DNA from: Felis catus
Taxonomy: Eukaryota
Reading direction: 5' to 3'
Assembly (NCBI RefSeq): GCF_018350175.1
Contig: NC_058368.1
Coordinates: 137,208,001 to 137,272,000, forward strand
DNA length: 64,000 bases
Notes under the pieces: generated by a model
Seen by the model: the letters and a program-made list of their open reading frames with translations, nothing else
What the model was told of the DNA's origin: nothing
Databases searched by the model: none
Shown here: positions 51,166 to 62,363 of the stretch, piece after piece
Numbering within the stretch: the first letter of the stretch is position 1
How the letters are laid out: each line of letters opens with the position of its first letter
Position numbers and translations under genes: made by a program

Positions 51166-52632
51166 GTGGATGTAAAATGTTTCCAGAATACACTCACACC
51201 TGTCTTGCATGTTTTCCGTTTTGAATTAATGTCACCTCTGCCACAGCTGTTGTGAAATAATCACTGCAAGTCTTGATGATGACCTTGAGTCATTACTAGA
51301 CCATCAATCATAAGTGAAAGAATAAGCAGTTGTAACCCCAGAAGTCCACATGGCTCGTTCATGGAAGACATACAGCCCATGCCCCAAACAGACCCTGTGA
51401 TCTAGCACAAAACAGGAGCCTGGAAAAATTCACAAAATGGTTCCTAACTTTGGATTCCAGCTGCACTTGAGCAGCTCAGAGACCACAGACCCTGGACCTC
51501 CAGTACGTTGGTCATCACCCCTTTCACTCTCCCAGGTCTCCTGCCAAAAGGACATCAGGCTTTGTTCTGAGTGCAGACCTGGAGGGTGAGGGCAGAGGAG
51601 AAGGCGACAGAATGAGGATTTTCCAGTGCTCGTTCCCAGAGATAGATGCAAGATAATCAGATTTGCTCCATTGTCCAAATTGATCATCCAACAGGCATCT
51701 CCTGAAGGTCATTATGCTAAAAAGGTGTCTGTCCCTTGTTCCAGACTGTCTGGAGGAGGAGGAACGGAGAAGGAAAAGAAAAACTCACCCATCGGTGGTG
51801 AGCTCATACATATTTTAGAATGATTCATTAAATTTTAAAAGGGAATTCGGGTTAACCCTAAAGTAGCCAGAAATTTTATAGAATCAGTATTCCCCATTTT
51901 CTGAACTTTCTGATGGACCAGTATGTTAGCAGACAGCTTCCTGTTTTGGTTTGAAAGACTTTTTCTTTTAGCTTCTGTAATACACCCTTCCTTCTCTTCA
52001 TGCAGGCGCAGAACCGAGTGAGGGTCCTAGGGATTAAAGTGTCACCTTTATTACTGATGAACTTTTCTGGAGGATAGCCCTTCTGAATGGGGCAACAGTA
52101 AGCTTTCTTTTATAGCACCTCTGAATTCAGCAAAATGACCTCTTCAGCTACAGCCAGCTAGTACGAGTGATCCGGCCCCAGGAGCAGTGCTGCCCGCAGT
52201 CACAACCAGCAAGAGTCCAGAAGGGCCTGAGATAGGCTTGCCTGCCATCTCCCCCACTCAATGATTCCAAGGAGGGTTGTCCCAGGGAGGAGGAAGTGAG
52301 GGGCAGAGGGGCCAGGAGCACTATGCTAGTAAGAGCTCTTCAGCACGGATTCGTGAAGAATAGGGAGTGAACACGCTCCACCTGATAGCTTCTTCTAAAT
52401 GTTAGCAAGTAGGTTATGCTGTCATTAAGCTAACTAAGTAATTATATCTAGGGAAATCCCGAAAGCAAAATGAGCAAGAGCTGACGAGAGATCCATCACC
52501 ACAAAGCATGCGTGGAAGCAGCAGCCTCCTACTCAGTGTGACACATAGCGTGAGGTGTGTTGCTGGTAATAAATCAAGTACGGATATGACACTGTTTTTA
52601 GAAATTAGAACCTGTTCAAAATGTTCCCTCTA

Positions 52633-52845
52633 AATGCCTGGGTGGCTCAGTAGGTCGAGCGTCCGACTTCAGCTCAGGTCATGATCTGGCACTCCATGAG
52701 TTCGAGCCCCGTGTGGGGCTCTGCGCTCACAGCTCAGAGCCTGGAGCCTGCTTCTGATTCTGTGTCTCCTTCTCTCTCTGCCCCTCCCCGGCTCGTGCTC
52801 TGTCTCTGTCTCTCAAAAATAAATAAACATTAAATTCTTTTTTTA
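52633..52845 (+). mobile_element. CAN-SINE about 1.1 kb upstream of H2B.L
   Basis: tgcctgggtggctcagtaggtcgagcgtccgacttc...aaaaataaataaacattaaa. Confidence 0.92.
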
Positions 52846-53770
52846 ATTTTGCCTATAATAACGTTATTCCCACTCACCTCATTTCAGATCTACTTTCTTG
52901 AATGACAGAAAAAGGTGAGGAATTACAGATAGCATTCCAGAAATTACACATAGCGTAGTCTATCTTATGTGAGGAAGCTTATAGTGGAGGATTTTTTATA
53001 GTAGCATTAATAGTTGTGCAGTTGTGAACTATTGAAATACCTGTGAGTTGCAATTTTTATAGTTGCTTCTGTTTATTTTTTGTTTTATCCAGGAATGAAT
53101 TTGATTAAGAAGGTGAGATTTTTTTTTTAAGCACAAATATCAGCAGAACACATGAACAAGAGTGACCCTACACTTTTGGTTAACAATGACAGAAGAACCA
53201 CAGTATCAGGTAAAGACCACAGCATGTACCTAAATGTGTGAAATTTTCAAGAATGTTATTAACATCATTATAAAAATTGAATGCACGTTTTCACATATAA
53301 TAATTTAAATCGTAAAACAGGGACGTTTTTGTTTAATTCTTTTGTACTTAGTGGCTCATAAGGAGTTGGGAGTCAGATACATTTTAGTTAGGATTCATTG
53401 TTAAATTAATTTCTAAAAGCAGATTAGCTATACATATTTTTATTATACAATGATCACTTCCAGGTTTTTAATGGCTTATTGTTCATTTGCTTATAAAATG
53501 ACTTAATGAAAACTTTTACAGAGATCCTCCCATAAAAGGCTCACGGTTCTTTTTCCTTTATTTCCCTGCTACCAACTCCCTGGTGTGATGAGATTTGTCC
53601 AATTCTGAAAATATTGTGTTATGCTTGTAAACTGCCAAGAAAAAACGTAGGAAAAATGAGCACTCTTTTCTGCCCTGAAGCCAACCTCAATCCTTCTCCA
53701 ACGCTCTGTCCTCTTAGGAAAGCTTTAGGTTGGCCAAGAACAAGATTTTCCCTTAACAACAAATCAGGCT

Positions 53771-53856
53771 GTTGCTAGGTGATTGTGACATAGGAAGAGT
53801 AACCTCCAATCACAAAGCAGCCCCAAAAGTGTGATTGTGGCATATCAATATAAATA
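53771..53856 (+). promoter_or_regulatory. Proximal promoter of H2B.L: X-box-like, CRE-like, CCAAT and TATA elements
   Basis: GTTGCTAGGTGAT (RFX X-box-like) 53771-53783; GTGACATA (CRE-like) 53785-53792; CCAAT 53806-53810; TATAAATA 53849-53856, about 70 nt upstream of the ATG. Confidence 0.65.
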
Positions 53857-53926
53857 GGAGAGCTCTCCCCAGCTCTTAGGCCCTTCTCCTCTCCACTCGT
53901 AACTGATAAGGAGACCAACATCTGCA

Positions 53927-54295
53927 ATGGCCAGATTCACCAGCAAAAAGAACAAGTGCCCCAGAGGACATCAAAGCCCAATCTCCAGAAAGAAATTACA
54001 TTCCAGCACCGACTTTGGCCATAGAAATTATTCACTCTACGTAAACAGGGTCCTAAAGGAAGTGATTCCCCAGAGGGGCATATCATCTCACACCTTGGAC
54101 ATCATGAACACCCTGATCAACGACATCTTTGAGCGCATTTCTATGGAAGCCTGCAGTGTGATGTGTTTCCGAAATCGCTGTACCCTCACCCTTGAAGATA
54201 TCCAGAAGGCGGTGTACTTGCTGTTACCCGAGAAGCTAGCTAAGTATGCGGTGACTTTTGGAAGTGAAGCTGTCCAAAGATATGTCCACTCGTAA
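53927..54295 (+). CDS. H2BL1: Histone H2B.L (subacrosomal H2B variant, SubH2Bv), intronless, 122 aa
   Basis: Intact ORF with good Kozak context (gcaATGG). The H2B histone fold is clear ([58 protein letters not shown]). The basic N-tail [16 protein letters not shown] and C-terminus AVQRYVHS closely resemble the 122-aa bovine SubH2Bv as I recall it, and differ from canonical H2B (..AVTKYTSSK). Confidence 0.92.
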   Translation: MARFTSKKNKCPRGHQSPISRKKLHSSTDFGHRNYSLYVNRVLKEVIPQRGISSHTLDIMNTLINDIFERISMEACSVMCFRNRCTLTLEDIQKAVYLLLPEKLAKYAVTFGSEAVQRYVHS

Positions 54296-54313
54296 ACTTT
54301 ACATGCCTGCTTA

Positions 54314-54319
54314 ATTAAA
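54314..54319 (+). terminator. Candidate polyadenylation signal of H2B.L
   Basis: ATTAAA 19 nt after the stop codon, with AGTAAA at 54330-54335 and T-rich sequence downstream. No canonical histone stem-loop (GGYYCTTTTCAGRRCC) was found. Confidence 0.5.
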
Positions 54320-54999
54320 TCTTGGGGAAAGTAAATCAAACTTCCTCCCCAAATGATCACTTCACTATAGAATTCGCTCTTCTTTTTTATAACATGGCAA
54401 TATTTCCTGGTTATTTCCCCCATCCCTCTTATCTCCAGAGAAGAATTACTGTCTCACTATTTTACCTTTGAACAATTTGATTATTTAGGATTTCCCCAAA
54501 CCTGCTCCCTGCCCAAGTCCCACCCAGAACTCTTATTTTTCCTGTGACTCTGTAAATCTCATTATATAAACTCAACGTTTATTGTATTGTTAAGGTATCG
54601 TTAACTATGTGTGGGATGATTTAAACTAGTTCTTCTGACCCCCCCTCCCCAGCTCACATGGACTCAATTTATGAAAACAAACATTTTACTCAGAAGTATA
54701 CCGGCATTGATAAATTTTCATCAAAAAAGTATTTTCTAGAGCCAACTACAACAAATTCAGTTCCTTAATGAAGTCTCTATACAGCATGTTAACGATTTCC
54801 TTTGCTTTAATTCTTACTTCTTGACTTTCAACAAGTTCGGTTCACATCCGTGTAAATTTTATCTTTATGTGTAATTGACCTTCACATTCAGATTTGGTTC
54901 TCTAGGATTTACTGTTCTACATTTGTGCTGTAATAAGAACAATACCCAGGAAACTATACTCAATTTATAAACTTTAAGAACTTTACAAATGTCACTGGA

Positions 55000-55640
55000 G
55001 GTGTTTCCCATCTCCCTGTCCACTATCCTGAGTTTTGTTTCCTTCCCGTTCCCTTGCTTTTCTGTGTGCTTTTTGTAAACGTCTCTACATTATAAGCTTA
55101 ACTTTGCTTGTTTCATAACATGGGGGTATACTATCTGTGTTCTTCTGTGCCTGCCTCTTTCTTTTAAACTTGTTTCTAAGATATATACCTGTTGATATAT
55201 GTATAGCTCCAACCCATTCTTTTCACTGCTAGGTTGTATAATATTCAGTAATATGAATATACCACGGTGTATTTTGCTATGTGCCCAGCATTTTATGTAA
55301 GTCAACTTCCTGAATCCCTAGAACCTTGTGATCGCTAATAATTATCCTGTTCTACAGATGAGGAAAATGGGGCACAGCGACAGAGAAACCAGCAACTTGT
55401 CTGTGGTCACACTGCTGTGTAAGTGGCAGAGCTGACCAGGTTAACAAGAGTCTACTGTGGGCACGTATTATCTGCTGTGAGCATTCTTGTGTACATATCT
55501 TCTGGTACACACGTACGAGAATTTCTCTAGGTAAAATACCCAACCATGGAATTGCTGGGCCATTGATTTGCTTATATTCGACATTATTAGATATTCCCAG
55601 ACCGTCTTCCAAAGTGTTTGTACCAATTTACATTTGCAGT
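55000..55640 (-). mobile_element. Old L1M 3' relic interrupted by a MIR (about 55290-55460)
   Basis: gagcattcttgtgtacatatcttctggtacac...ggaattgctggg...ttccaaagtgtttgtaccaatttacat; MIR core tacagatgaggaaaatggggcacag. Confidence 0.6.
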
Positions 55641-56084
55641 AAATGAGAGTAACTCAGGTTCTTCTGGTTACAAGGAACATATCACTTAAATTTCGTCAAG
55701 GAAAGGGGATTTCTTGTATGTAAAGCTAGGATGGGAATAGTGAGACTATTCTCGGTATCGCACTGTTAACACCCACTCTGTTTCTCCTAGGTTGCTCACT
55801 TCTAAATGCTTCCTTCTCAGAGTTCCCGCCAGGTCCGTTGGATTCCACTTACATGAAATACCACAGTAAGATTTTGCCACAATAAAAAAATGGTTTAAAA
55901 AAAATTTAAGTGGGTATTTTATACACATGCATTTATATCATCAGACTTGAAACTACCCGGTTTGAGTTAGGCCCAGAAGGAGGTTGCTGACCTCGCTAAA
56001 GGTTAGCTGACCATGATTGTATAGCTGCCCACATCTGCCACTCTGCTCTGGGTTGGACCCAGAAGGACCTCAAAGGTCTACCTC

Positions 56085-56290
56085 GGGTCAGCAAATTACA
56101 GCCATTGGGCCAAGTCTGGAAGCAGCTCTTTTTGGTATGTCCTCACAAGCTAAGAAGGTTTTTAAAAATGTATAGGGATATTTTAAAAGAAAAAAAAAAC
56201 ACAAGATTATTCAACAAGCCTAATGTGCCCCACAAAGCCTAAAATATTTATTGTCTGGCTCTTTATAGAAAAAGTCTCCACCTGTGGTCT
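56085..56290. mobile_element. MER58 DNA transposon
   Basis: gggtcagcaaattacagcc...cccacaaagcctaaaatatttattgtctggctctttatagaaaaagt. Confidence 0.75.
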
Positions 56291-56699
56291 GTACAGTGCT
56301 GCTTCTCTTGCAGGTTGTGATAAGGCAGGTTTTCTATGGCTTTGCTTGGGATGCGCTTCTCTGTATAAGAAAACTCACAAATATGAAAAGTTCATCGTTG
56401 GCTTTTCAAATCATTCCAGTAAGGATAGTACCTACAAATGGTACTCAACAACTGGGGCAAGGGAATAACCGCTCACAGAAACAGTCTTCTAAACTGAGGT
56501 GTTTTAAAGATGGGTTAAGGGAACAAAAGTGTTCTTTATGTGTTATTCTCTTTGCCTCTGTGTGTTTTTGAAATATTTTAAAATAATTTCAAAAGAAGGT
56601 CAAGATGCTTGGCAAAAACTCTCTGACACTGGTTTTAAGTCGCATTATATAAAGGCATGTACGTAAAAATACCCATATTTTCAAAAAACTTTAACCATC

Positions 56700-57629
56700 T
56701 TTATTGTGGCAAAAAATATATATAACATAAAATTGCCATTTTAATCACTTTTAAGTGTACAGCCACACTAAGTCCATCCACATTGTTATGTGGCCATCAC
56801 CACCATCCGTCTCTAGTACTTTTTCATCTTCCCAAACTGAAACTTTATAAACACTAAATAATAATTCCACATTTCCCCCTCCCCAACCCTTTTTTTTTTA
56901 ATTTTTTTAACGTCTATTTATTTTTGAGACCGAGAGAGACAGAGCATGAACGGGGGAGGGTCAGAGAGAGAGGGAGACACAGAATCTGAAACAGGCTCCA
57001 GGCTCTGAGCTGTCAGCACAGAGCCCGACGCGGGGCTCGAACTCACAGACCGTGAGATCGTGACCTGAGCCGAAGTCGGACGCTTAACTGACTGAGCCAC
57101 TCAGGCGCCCCTCCCCAACCCTTTCTAAGTGTGATTCTGCTTTCTGTCTTTTCTGTCTTAGAATGTGACTATTCTAAGCACTTGTTTCAGTTGAGTTCAA
57201 CAGTATTGGTCCTTTTGTGACTGGCTTATTTCACTTAGCATAAAGCCTTCAAGATTCGTCCATATTGTAACACGTGTCAGAATTTCCTTTCTTTTTAAGG
57301 CTGAATGATATTCAGTATATGAATTTATCACATTTCGTTTATTCATTCATCCATCGGTGGTCACTGGGGTTGCTTCTACCTTTTAGCTATTAAAAATAAT
57401 GCCACTATGAACATGGGTATACAAATATCTCTTCAAGTCCGTGCTTTCAATTCTTTCAGGCATATATCCAGATGTGGAATTGCTGGATCATATGGTAATT
57501 CTAATTTTTTGAGAAACCACCATATCACTTTCCACAGTGGCTGTTCCATTTTACTGTCTCACCAGCAATGCACAAAAGTTCCAATGTCTCCACATCCTCA
57601 TCAACCTTTGTTATTTTCTGTTTTATGTT

Positions 57630-57677
<48 letters not shown>

Positions 57678-58080
57678 CATGTACATATATATGTGAGATA
57701 TATATCATATGTTATATACATATATGATATATATGTATGATATATAATAGCCATCCTAATAGATATAATGTGGTTTTGATTTGTGTTTCCTCAATGATTA
57801 GAGATGTTGAGCATCTTTTCATGTGTTCACTGACCGTTTGTACTTTTTCCTTGGATGAATGTCTTTTGTCTATTTTTAAATTGGTTTTGTTGTTGTTGAG
57901 TTGAAGGAGTTATTTACATATCTGGATATTAATCCCTTCCTCCAGATATATGATTTGTAAATATTTTTCTCCCATTCCATGGGTTGTCTCCTCGGTGTGT
58001 TGAGAGTGTCCTTTGACACACAGAAGTTACTAAGTTTGATAAATCCAATTTGTCTACGTGTTCATTTTGTGTCATATGCC
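56700..58080 (-). mobile_element. L1MB-like 3' region with nested SINE and (TA)n expansion (57630-57748)
   Basis: ataacataaaattgccattttaatcacttttaagtgtacag...ggaattgctggatcatatggtaattct...tctccacatcctcatcaac. Confidence 0.8.
56893..57110 (-). mobile_element. Young feline CAN-SINE
   Basis: CpG-intact body; TSD ctccccaacccttt at 56879-56892 and 57111-57124. Confidence 0.95.
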
Positions 58081-58179
58081 ACTTAATATTTTTATTGTTC
58101 CTTTATGAGAAAGTTATTTGCAACAACATTATACATATATGTATATATACATATACATGTATGTATTATATGTATATAT

Positions 58180-58337
58180 GTAATGTTTATTTGTTTATTT
58201 TGAAAGAGAGAAAGTCAGCTAGGGAGGGGCAGAGTGAGAGGGAAAGAGAGAGACAATCCCAGCAGGCTCTGTGCTGTCAGCGGAGAGCCTGAAATCAAGA
58301 GTCAAATGCTTAACCGACTGAGCCACCCAGGCACCCC
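58180..58337 (-). mobile_element. Internally deleted CAN-SINE with adjacent TA/TG tract
   Basis: ggagagcctgaaatcaagagtc junction lacks the middle of the SINE. Confidence 0.8.
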
Positions 58338-58549
58338 TCTATATATTCTTAATTTTGGAGTCAATTCATAGTGTTAACATGGCTTCTAAAATTTGAAAAT
58401 AGTCTCAAACTAGCTAGCACATTAAAAAGGGTCAAAAATATCTCAAGGCATAATTTTGCCATCAATAGGACCATTTTACCAGTTTTTCAGTCTTGCGCCC
58501 TAGTTACCTGAGACAGTTAAATGACAGTAAGACAAAAAGTAGTACACAC

Positions 58550-59010
58550 TGCTGGTAGTCCTCAATATATATTTACCCCTTCTTCTCTGAAATAGGACCC
58601 CAATTTTTAGCTGAGCTCATAGTCACCCTGTACAAAGGCTACATTTCCAACCCTTCCTTTGGCGAATGTGTCCATGTGACCAAGTGCCGATGAATGGGAG
58701 TGTATACACAACCTCTCAAAAGTTACCTTAAGTATCATCAAAGTGCTCTTTTCCCTTTTCCTCTCTCCTGCTGACTGGACTGAGGATGTGGAAGCCGGGG
58801 CTGGAGCAGCCACCTCAAACTAGGAGCTGAAACCTGTATATTAAGGATAATAGAGCAGAAAAGTGAAAGAGCTTTGGTCTCTGATGATTGAACTCCTGGG
58901 CAGCCTAGCACTGCCTGTGTTTATGTGAGAGCGAAATCAATTTCTAATTTGTTTCAGCCAGTATTATTTTGGTTTTCTATCATTCATAGTCAAATCTAAT
59001 TCTAATGTAG
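58550..59010 (+). mobile_element. MLT1J-like solo LTR
   Basis: ccccttcttc...ggaccccaatttt...ctacatttcc...ccatgtgaccaagt...gctggagcagccacct...ttgtttcagccagtattattttggttttct. Confidence 0.6.
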
Positions 59011-59972
59011 ACATCCAGAAGATAACTGGCTGCTACACAATGTGGTTAGTCTCAAAATGACTGTACACTTATTAAATAAAAACATAATAAACTATAAATG
59101 GAGGATGATGAATGCCTTGTGTATTTACCAGAAGGTGTTTCTGTGCAATGAAATCTCATGCGATGTAGCAGCCCTTTCTTAGAAATGTGTAATGCAGATG
59201 GCAAAAGCTTGCCTGTTGTTAATCTATTGGACACATGATGTGATTTTGAAACACTACTTAAAATACAAAAATAGTAAGATATTCAAAGAAGATAGGAAAA
59301 GCATTTCCCACTAAGCCAACAACATGGCCAACCTACCAATTCTGTGGTAATTTCCAGCTGGTGATATACAGTATCATAAAGATGTCTCCCACCCCCAAGA
59401 AAGAATAGTGCTGGTTTTGTAATACAAATTACCCAAATGATAAATTTCTAGCAAACTTAGATTATCCTTCTCTGAGTTTAGAAACCTTGTTTTGGAATTG
59501 AATAGTGTAATCTCATACAAACATATATTGTCCCTATAATTATTTAAAGTCTTGCTGTGCACACCGCTAGCTTGTTCCCATAGGAACTAAATGTGTTGGA
59601 AATTACCAGAGGATAGAAAAATACCATTAAGTGTAATACCTTGCATGTGGCACTTATAGTTCATTTATATGTTCACAGAAATACCTTCTTTGCAATAGAT
59701 GCTGAGAAAACAAAGGCGAGGTCCATCCCATTAAAAACTTAAAATCTTATGGAATAATCCAAAACTAAAATTATTGGGAACAGCTGACAACAATAAGCCT
59801 AAGCTGTGAACTAGACATTATTCTAAATACACCATCTATGTCAACTCAATACAAAAAGCCAAGACAACATGAGAGAGGCACTGTTACCATTTTAGTCAGG
59901 GAAACTGAGGCATTAAATAGGCTAAAAAACTTGCCAGAGGTCACATACCTAGTAAGAAAAGAAATGTGATGA

Positions 59973-61647
59973 GTATGGTACTGACACAAAAACAGACGCT
60001 CAGACCAATGGAACAGAATAAAGAACCCAGAAATGGACCCACAAATGTATGACCAACTAATCTTTGACAAAGCAGGAAAGATTATCCAATGGAATAAAGA
60101 CAGTCTCTTCAGCAAGTGGTGCTGGGAAAACTGGACAGCAACATGCAGAAGAATGAACCTGGACCACTTTTTTATACCATACACAAAAATAAGCTCAAAA
60201 GGAATGAAAGACCTAAATGTAAGACTGAAGCCATCAAAATCCTTGAGGAGAAAGCAGGAAAAAAACCTCTTTGGCCTTGGCCTCAGCAACTTCTTTTTTT
60301 TTTTTTTTAATTTTTTTTTCAACGTTTATTTATTTTTGGGACAGAGAGAGACAGAGCATGAACGGGGGAGGGGCAGAGAGAGAGGGAGACACAGAATCGG
60401 AAACAGGCTCCAGGCTCCGAGCCATCAACCCAGAGCCCGACGCGGGGCTCGAACTCACAGACCGCGAGATCGTGACCTGGCTGAAGTCGGACGCTTAACC
60501 GACTGCGCCACCCAGGCGCCCCTGCCTCAGCAACTTCTTACTCAACACATCTCTGGAGGCAAGGGAAACAAAAGCAAAATTGAACTATTGGGACCTCATC
60601 AAAATAAAAATCTTCTGCACAGCGAAGGAAACAATCAGCAAAACTAAAAGGCAACCGACAGAATTGGAGAAGATATTTGCAAGTGACATATCAGATAAAG
60701 GCTTAGTATCCAAAATCTATAAAGAACTTATCAAACTCAACACCCAAAAAACAAATAATCCAGTGAAGAAGTGGGCAAAAGACATGAATAGACGCTTCTC
60801 CAAAGAAGACATCCAGGTGGCCAACCGACACATGAGAAAATGCTCCACATCACTCATCATCAGGGAAATACAAATCAAAGCCACAATGAGAGACTACCTC
60901 ACACCAGTCAGAATGGCTAACATTAACAACTCAGGCAACAACAGATGTTGGCAAGGCTGCAGAGAAAGAGGATCTCTTTTGCATTCCTGGTGGGAATGCA
61001 AGCTGGTGCAGCCACTCTGGAAAACAGTATGGAGGTTCCTCAAAAAACTAAAAATAGAAGTACCCTACAACCCAGCAATTGCACTACTAGGATACATGCC
61101 TGTATCCTTAGACATTACAAGGGATACAGGTATGCTGTTTCGAAGGGGCATATGCACCCCAATGTTGATAGCAGCGCTATCAACAATAGCCGAAGTATGG
61201 AAAGAGCCCAAATGTCCATCGATGGATGAATGGATAAAGAAGATGTGGTGTATATATATGCAGTATTATTCAGCAATCAAAAAGAATGAAATCTTGCCAT
61301 TTGCAACTACGTGGATGGAACTGAAGGGTATTATGCTAAGTGAAATTAGTCAGAGAAAGACAAATATATGACTTCACTCATATGAGGACTTTAAAACACA
61401 GAACAGATTAACATAAGGGAAGAGAAGCAAAAAGAATATAAAAACAGGGAGGGGGACAAAACATAAGAGACTCTTAAATATAGAAAGCAGAGGGTTACTG
61501 GAGGGGTTGTGGGAGGGGGGATGGGCTAAATAGGTAAGGGGCATTAAGGAATATACCTACTCCTGATATCACTATTGCAACATATACTAACTAACTTGGA
61601 TGTAAATTTGAAAAAAAAAAAAAGGAATTGAAAAAAAAAAAGGAAAC
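59973..61647 (+). mobile_element. 5'-truncated, relatively young feline L1 (ORF2 C-terminus plus 3'UTR) inserted in a MIR
   Basis: Open ORF2 segment 60580-61371 with C-x3-C-x7-H-x4-C knuckle ([18 protein letters not shown]); G-rich 3'UTR; poly(A); TSD aaatgtgatga at 59962-59972 and 61648-61658. Confidence 0.93.
60296..60523 (-). mobile_element. Very young SINEC_Fc inside L1
   Basis: CpG-rich and apparently undecayed; perfect 16-nt TSD gcctcagcaacttctt at 60280-60295 and 60524-60539. Confidence 0.96.
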
Positions 61648-62036
61648 AAATGTGATGAAACCCATTTATTCTGGCTCCAGAGTCTATAACTTAAAGCACA
61701 ATGCATACTGCATCTCACATGGAGAAAGACATGTGGAATATCATGTGGAACACGGGAGGGGCATCTAATCCAGAACAGAAAGGGGTCTTACAGGAGATAA
61801 CACCTGCCTGGGTCTTGAAGTATGAATAGGAACTACACATAACATAGGAGGAATGATACTTGCAAAAGCACAGGGCATCAAACAGTATACATTTAAGATA
61901 ATTGCAAGTTGAATGACGGCCAACAGCACAGGAGGAGGGATGGTGGAAATGAGGTCAGAGAGAAAGGCAAAAATCTGTGGGCTGACTTATAGCCTGAATG
62001 TGATGCTAGAACCTGTGAGGAGACCCATGGAGAAAC

Positions 62037-62363
62037 TTATTTTATTTTATTTTATTTTATTTTACTTTACTTTACTTTACTTTACTTTACTTTACTTTAC
62101 TTTACTTTACTTTATTTTATTTTATTTTATTTTATTTTATTTTATTTTATTTTATTTTATTTTTAGAGAGAGATGGCCTGAGTGGGGGAGAGGGGCAGAG
62201 AGAGGGAGAGAGAGCAAGAGAGAAAGAGAGGGAGGGAGAATCCCAAGCAGGCTCCATGCTTAGCTCAGAGCCCGACACAGGGCTCAATCCCACAACCCTG
62301 GGATCACGACCTAAGCTGAAGTCAAGAGTTGGACACTCAATCAATTGAGCCACCCAGGCACCC
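62037..62363 (-). mobile_element. CAN-SINE with about 125-nt (ATTTT)n/(ACTTT)n pentamer tail, within L2-like sequence
   Basis: Direct read of pentamer array 62037-62164 followed by the SINE body. Confidence 0.9.

Noticed and set aside
54296..54400. Canonical replication-dependent histone stem-loop or histone cluster
   Set aside because: No conserved 16-nt stem-loop was found and there are no other histone ORFs in the window.
54088..54423. 111-aa antisense ORF overlapping H2B.L
   Set aside because: Shadow of the real coding strand; no independent signal.
1615..57100. Many 60-110 aa ORFs with motifs such as [22 protein letters not shown]
   Set aside because: These are translations of CAN-SINE copies, not a gene family.
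60033..60647. 204-aa ORF that looks like a novel chimeric protein
   Set aside because: It is L1 ORF2 sequence that frameshifts and reads through an antisense SINE. It has no promoter and the L1 is 5'-truncated.
60580..61371. 263-aa ORF as a host gene
   Set aside because: It is the C-terminal part of L1 ORF2p in a truncated copy lacking endonuclease and RT, with a non-ATG start.
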